From the NCBI GenBank assembly GCA_963775425.1, contig CAVZJB010000012.1:352001-416000 (forward strand): 64,000 nucleotides of DNA, in the 5' to 3' direction. The position numbers and the translations under genes were made by a program. Below the pieces are notes generated by a model. The model was not told where the DNA came from. It saw nothing but the letters and a program-made list of their open reading frames with translations, and made no database searches. The DNA is from an uncultured delta proteobacterium (lineage in GTDB: Bacteria; Myxococcota; UBA727; VGSZ01). Each line of letters opens with the position of its first letter. The stretch's first letter is position 1. Below, piece by piece: positions 58,965 through 64,000 of this stretch.

Positions 58965-59894
58965 TCATATCGGCGGGAGCGCTTGCGCGAGCGCGCGCAG
59001 GTGGGGCGCGGGGAGGCCGGCGTCGTCGGCGGCGCGCAGGAAGCCGCGCATCATCTCGCGCGTCTGCTTGCCGACCTTGGTGAAGTGGTACGCGAGGTAC
59101 GGCTCGAGCGGCAGCGGCGCGATGCGCGGCGCCCACCACAGGGCTGCGCGCAGGACCGCGGGGCGCGCGAGCATCCTCGGCCCGGCGCCGGAGACGCCCT
59201 GCGTGCGCGCCACGGCCTCGACGCACTCGCGCACGGCGCCGTCGAGGCGCTTGCGGCACGCGGCGAGGTCCCAGCCGCTGGCCTCGAGCGTCGCGATCAC
59301 CCCCATGAGCAACGCCGAGCCGATGGCGCGCATCTTGGACGCGTCGTGGACGACGCGCGCGCGCATGCCGCCGCGACGCAGGAGGTCGGCGGCGCGCTTG
59401 GCGCCCGGGCCCGACAGCGTGGTGGGCAAAAACGGCGGCAGCCAGTACGCGATGCCGGGAGAGCGCCCGGCCTCCTCGGGGACGTTCGGCAGCGGCGTCT
59501 GGTACGCGATGAACGGGATGACGCCGTCGACGAGGCGCTCCTTGCCGATGATGCGCCCGGAGCGGCCGTCGAGCCCGGGGGCGAGGTCGATGACGAGCGC
59601 GTCGCCGGTGGCGTCCACGATCGCCCCGAGCGCGGCGTCGTCGAGGCCGGTGGTGGGCACGCACAGCCACACCTGCTGCACCGAGCGCCCGCGCAGCGCC
59701 TCGACGTCGCCGACGACGTCGGTGGCCACGAGCAGCTCGTCGGTGGTTCCGCGGTACAGCTTGATGCCCGCCTTCACCTCGTCGACGTACTTGGGACGAA
59801 CCACGAACGTGAGCTCCGAGCCCGCGCGCAGGATGTGCCGGCCGTACACCGCGCCTACCGCTCCCGCGCCCACCACTACGACGTGCTTCGTCAT
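58965..59894 (-). CDS. Ketopantoate reductase-like (ApbA/PanE family) oxidoreductase
   Basis: N-terminal Rossmann VVVVGAGAVGAVYG; VWLCVPT; C-terminal YLAYHFTKV. Confidence 0.7.
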   Translation of the reverse strand: MTKHVVVVGAGAVGAVYGRHILRAGSELTFVVRPKYVDEVKAGIKLYRGTTDELLVATDVVGDVEALRGRSVQQVWLCVPTTGLDDAALGAIVDATGDALVIDLAPGLDGRSGRIIGKERLVDGVIPFIAYQTPLPNVPEEAGRSPGIAYWLPPFLPTTLSGPGAKRAADLLRRGGMRARVVHDASKMRAIGSALLMGVIATLEASGWDLAACRKRLDGAVRECVEAVARTQGVSGAGPRMLARPAVLRAALWWAPRIAPLPLEPYLAYHFTKVGKQTREMMRGFLRAADDAGLPAPHLRALAQALPPI

Positions 59895-59985
59895 CGGCGC
59901 GAGCCTAGCGCGACGCGCTACGGCGGCGTCGGGCGCAACAGCTCGTGCGTGTTGAACAGCGCGACCCACAGCGCGCCCGCGTCGC

Positions 59986-61287
59986 TCAAGGCGCGGGCTC
60001 GCCGGGCGCCGGGCGCTCGCCCCGCACGAAGCGCGCGTGCAGCGCCCGCGCGGCGTCCTCGACGACGGCGGGGTCGACGAGGAAGGTGACGCGGAAGCTC
60101 GACGTGGACAGCCCACGCACGGCCACGCTTCGCCCTTCGAGGAGCGCGAGCGCGTCGACGAGCACGTGCCGGTCCTCGAGCATTCCCTGGCCGACGAGCG
60201 AGACCGCGCCGTGGTCTCTCCCGCGCGCGACGCCCGCGGGCAGCCCGGCGCAGCAGCGCTCGAAGCCGTGCGCGTCCTCGGGCGGCACGAGGCACTCGAG
60301 GCCTCCCGGCGCGCGCGGCGAAGCGCCCCCGTCGGTCGCGCTCGCCCCTCCGCCGAAGCCGACGATCTGCCCCGAGGGGATGTGGTGCGCCTCGAGGTGC
60401 TCGACGAGCGCCCGCGCGCGGCCGACGTCCGCGGCGACGAGCGAATGCAAAAGCGCGCGGTGCGCGACGCCGCGCACGCCGCCCACCGGCGCCGGCGCGT
60501 CCTTGCGGACCACCGTGCCCGCGCCCGCGCCCGCGCGCGGCCCATCGTCGGACGTGCGCTTGTCCCCCGCGTCGCCGGAGAGCCCGGCGTGGGGCGTCTT
60601 CAGCGCATACAGCGCGATGCCCTTCGCCTTGGCGAACTGCACCGCCTGCGCGTTCAACACCTTCGCGCCCGCCTGCGCCAGCTCCTGCATCTCCTCGTAG
60701 GACAGCTCGTCGATCCTGCGCGCGTCGGGGACCACGCGCGGGTCCGCCGTCCACACGCCGTCGACGTCGCTGTAGATCTCGCAGTCGGCGTCGAGCGCCG
60801 CCGCCAACGCCACCGCCGTGGTGTCCGAGCCGCCGCGTCCGAGCGTGGTGATCTCCTTGGCGTACGACACGCCCTGAAAGCCCGCGATGACGACGACGCG
60901 GCCGCGCTCGAGCTCGTCTTGCACCCGGTACGGCCGCACCTCGAGGACGCGCGCGCCCGCGTGCATCGCGTTGGTGATGATGCCGCTCTGGCTCCCGGTG
61001 AAGCTCACGGCGTCCACGCCGGCGTCGACGAGCGCCATGCACAGGAGCGCCGCGCTCGCGCGCTCGCCGACGGACAAGAGCATGTCCAGCTCGCGCCGCG
61101 CGGGCTCCTTGGCGATCTCCTTCGCCTGCGCCAGCAGCGCGTCGGTGGTCTTGCCCATCGCGCTGACCACCACGCACACGCGTTGCCCGCCCTTGGCGCG
61201 CTGTCCCACCAGCGTGGCGACGCGCCGGATCTTGTCGAGGTCGGCGACCGACGAGCCGCCGAACTTCATGACCACGCACGCGCTCAC
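59986..61287 (-). CDS. lysC: Aspartate kinase
   Basis: [54 protein letters not shown]; C-terminal ACT-like segment. Confidence 0.92.
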   Translation of the reverse strand: MSACVVMKFGGSSVADLDKIRRVATLVGQRAKGGQRVCVVVSAMGKTTDALLAQAKEIAKEPARRELDMLLSVGERASAALLCMALVDAGVDAVSFTGSQSGIITNAMHAGARVLEVRPYRVQDELERGRVVVIAGFQGVSYAKEITTLGRGGSDTTAVALAAALDADCEIYSDVDGVWTADPRVVPDARRIDELSYEEMQELAQAGAKVLNAQAVQFAKAKGIALYALKTPHAGLSGDAGDKRTSDDGPRAGAGAGTVVRKDAPAPVGGVRGVAHRALLHSLVAADVGRARALVEHLEAHHIPSGQIVGFGGGASATDGGASPRAPGGLECLVPPEDAHGFERCCAGLPAGVARGRDHGAVSLVGQGMLEDRHVLVDALALLEGRSVAVRGLSTSSFRVTFLVDPAVVEDAARALHARFVRGERPAPGEPAP

Positions 61288-61300
61288 GCGACCCTCGGGC

Positions 61301-62566
61301 TCACGGCTTGCCCCGCGTCTCGCCGTGGCCGAGCACGATCCACTTGCGCGCGCACAGCTCCTCGAGACCCATGGGCCCGTACGCGTGCAGCTTGCTGGTG
61401 GAGATGCCGAGCTCGGCGCCGAGGCCGAGGGCGCCGCCGTCGTTGAAGCGGGTGGAGGCGTTGACGAGCACGCAACTGGCGTCGACCTCGCGCAGGAAAC
61501 GCATGGCCACGTCGTGATCTTTCGCGATGACGCTCTCGGTGTGACGCGAGCCGTGCTCGCGCAGGAACGCCAGCGCCTGCTCGAGGCCGTCGACGACCTT
61601 GACGGCCATCTGGAGCCCGAGGAACTCCGTGTCGAAGTCCTGCGGCGAGGCCGGCACCAGGTCCGTGACGACCGCGCGCGCGCGGTCGTCGCCGTGCACC
61701 TCGACCTTGTGGCGCCGCAGCGCCTCCACCGCGCGCGGCAGGAACGCGGACGCGACGGCGGCGTCGACGACGAGGCACTCGGCGGCGTTGCACACGCCCG
61801 GGCGCGACACCTTGGCGTTCACCAGCACGCGCTCGGCGACGTCGAGGTCCGCGCTCTCGTGCACGTAGACGTGGCAGATGCCCTGGTAGTGCTGGATGAC
61901 GGGCACGCGCGCGTGCTCGTTGACGGCGTCGATGAGGCCGGTGCCGCCGCGCGGGATGGCGAGGTCGATGTCGCCGCGCCGCTGCAAGAGCGCGTGGAGC
62001 AGCGCGCGGTCGGGCTCGTCGACGAAGAGCGCGGCGTCCTCGGGGAGGTGCGCGACCTTCAACGCGTCGCGCACCACGGAGGCGAGCGCGTGGTTGGAAA
62101 AGCGCGCCTCCTTGCCGCCGCGCAGGATGACGGCGTTGCCCGCCTTCAGGCACAGCGCGGCTGCGTCGACGGTGACGTTGGGCCGGCTCTCGTAGACGAT
62201 GAAGATCACGCCGAGGGGGACGCGCATCCGCCCGGCCTGGATGCCGCTCGGCTGCGTCTCGAGCTGTTCGACGGCGCCCACGGGATCGGGGAGCGTGGCG
62301 ATCTTGCGGACCGCGCCGGCGAGGGCCCCGATGCGGCCGTCGTCGAGGCGCAGGCGGTCGACGAGGGCGGCGGAGAGGCCCGCCTTCTGGGCCGCCTCGA
62401 CGTCGCGCTCGTTCTCCTCGAGGATGGCCACGCGCGCGGGCCCTTCGAGCTCCTCGGCGATGAGCTCGAGCGCGTGGTCCTTTTGCGCGGTCGATGCCGC
62501 CGCCATCCTGGCGGCGGCGGCGCGCGCGCGGGCTCCGAGGGAGGCGGCCAGGGCGTCGGCGTCCAT
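61301..62566 (-). CDS. proA: Gamma-glutamyl phosphate reductase
   Basis: [67 protein letters not shown]. Confidence 0.95.
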   Translation of the reverse strand: MDADALAASLGARARAAAARMAAASTAQKDHALELIAEELEGPARVAILEENERDVEAAQKAGLSAALVDRLRLDDGRIGALAGAVRKIATLPDPVGAVEQLETQPSGIQAGRMRVPLGVIFIVYESRPNVTVDAAALCLKAGNAVILRGGKEARFSNHALASVVRDALKVAHLPEDAALFVDEPDRALLHALLQRRGDIDLAIPRGGTGLIDAVNEHARVPVIQHYQGICHVYVHESADLDVAERVLVNAKVSRPGVCNAAECLVVDAAVASAFLPRAVEALRRHKVEVHGDDRARAVVTDLVPASPQDFDTEFLGLQMAVKVVDGLEQALAFLREHGSRHTESVIAKDHDVAMRFLREVDASCVLVNASTRFNDGGALGLGAELGISTSKLHAYGPMGLEELCARKWIVLGHGETRGKP

Positions 62567-62651
62567 GCCGCCGGTGTGGCACACGCGGCGGCGGAAGTCG
62601 AAGCGGCCCGCCGGGCGAACGCGCGACGGCTCGTCTTGGAGGAAGCGACGA

Positions 62652-63547
62652 CTACGGGTGGAAGGTGTCCGCGCCGGCGACGGGCAGGACGGCCTCGAAG
62701 CTCAGGAACACCTGACCGCTCGCGGTGACGTCGGTGTTGACGCCGCCGGTGCAGGCCTCGCACGTGGCGACGAGCGCCGTGTTGTCGCTGCCGGGCTGCA
62801 TGATCATGGCGTGGTTCTGCGAGCCGTCGAAGTAGCCGCCGTGGCCGACGACGTCGGAGAACGGCACGCCGGCCGGGAGCTTGGTCATGTCGATGGCGAG
62901 CTCCGCGGGCAGCCGCCACGTCAGCGCCGAGCCCGGGGCGAGGACCTCGCTGATGACGGTACGCACGCGCAGTTGCACGGAGTCACCGATGCGCCGCACC
63001 CTGGCCGCGGTCTGGCCCATGACGATCGCGGAGCCGTCGACCTCGGCCGTGACGGTGGTGGCCGTCCACGGCGCCGCCTCGGGCACGGCCGCGACGGCGG
63101 ACGCGAGCGCGGTGCCGGGCGCCGCCGCCTCCGCCACGCCCGCGCCGAGCGCGTAGGGCACCGCGGTGCTGCGCGCGCGGCCGAGGCTGGTGCCGCCGAC
63201 GTTGACGTCGACAAAGACGGCGTCGGCGGTGCGGGTGGCGGCGGCGCAGGTCGCGGGCAGGCCGACCTCGAAGCGCCCGCCGGTGACGGTGACCGTCTGG
63301 GCGCCCGTGTCGCACAGCGCGTTGCCGCCGCTGGCCGCGTCGAAGAAGCGCAGCTGAATCTGGCGGTCGCCGTCCACGGGGGCGCCGGCGTCCTCGAGGA
63401 CCCCGGTGTACACGAGCGCGTCGGCGTCCGCCGGCGTGGTGGCTCGCGAGACGCCGAAGCCGAACAGCCCCGCCGCGACGAAGCCGGCGACGGCGAGCAG
63501 CCGGCGCACGGTGGCCGCGCGAACGGTGAAGGTGAGCGTGTCGTTCT

Positions 63548-63551
<4 letters not shown>
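62652..63551 (-). CDS. Exported hypothetical protein (fibre/adhesin-like N-terminal module)
   Basis: ATGA overlap; N-terminal hydrophobic helix; LVYTGVLEDAG…GRFEVGL…AVPYAL. Confidence 0.65.
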
Positions 63552-63957
<406 letters not shown>

Positions 63958-63961
<4 letters not shown>

Positions 63962-64000
63962 TCCAGGAGGAACGCTGCGGCGACCAGGCCGGCGCCGCCG
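63958..64000 (-). CDS. 3' end of a gene running off the window
   Basis: …GGAGLVAAAFLLE* with GTGA overlap; tail resembles those of 36810..37646 and 40346..41128. Confidence 0.5.

Noticed and set aside
56062-59955. 1297-aa + strand ORF
   Set aside because: Antisense shadow across three minus-strand genes.

Overview
Very GC-rich DNA with myxobacterial (Myxococcota-like) hallmarks: five Hanks Ser/Thr kinases, MYXO-CTERM-like tails, Cys-rich lipoproteins and a sigma-54 activator. 1-14.9 kb is part of a biosynthetic cluster. An acyl-CoA/prolyl-PCP-type dehydrogenase and a stand-alone adenylation enzyme (+) converge on an operon (-) of flavin halogenase, KS-AT-DH-KR-ACP-Cy-A(Cys)-PCP-TE hybrid and PaaK-like ligase. 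15-23.7 kb is a partner-switching-like signalling block: a frameshifted kinase-AAA-GAF-PP2C giant facing STAS/Zn-ribbon, HATPase and STAS-Zn-kinase genes. Further right are a STAND/TPR sigma-54 activator flanked by two -24/-12 promoters, cca, a PAP2 phosphatase, a recurring membrane-protein/Cys-lipoprotein gene pair, an RGPP-ending leader ORF before secA (candidate arrest peptide), lspA, a satellite microcompartment locus (two pentamers plus aldolase), a GTAG-type REP cluster, surface proteins, dgkA, aspartate kinase and proA. All calls come from reading motifs by eye; no database searches were run. Start codons were chosen from overlaps, SD-like or -10-like signals.
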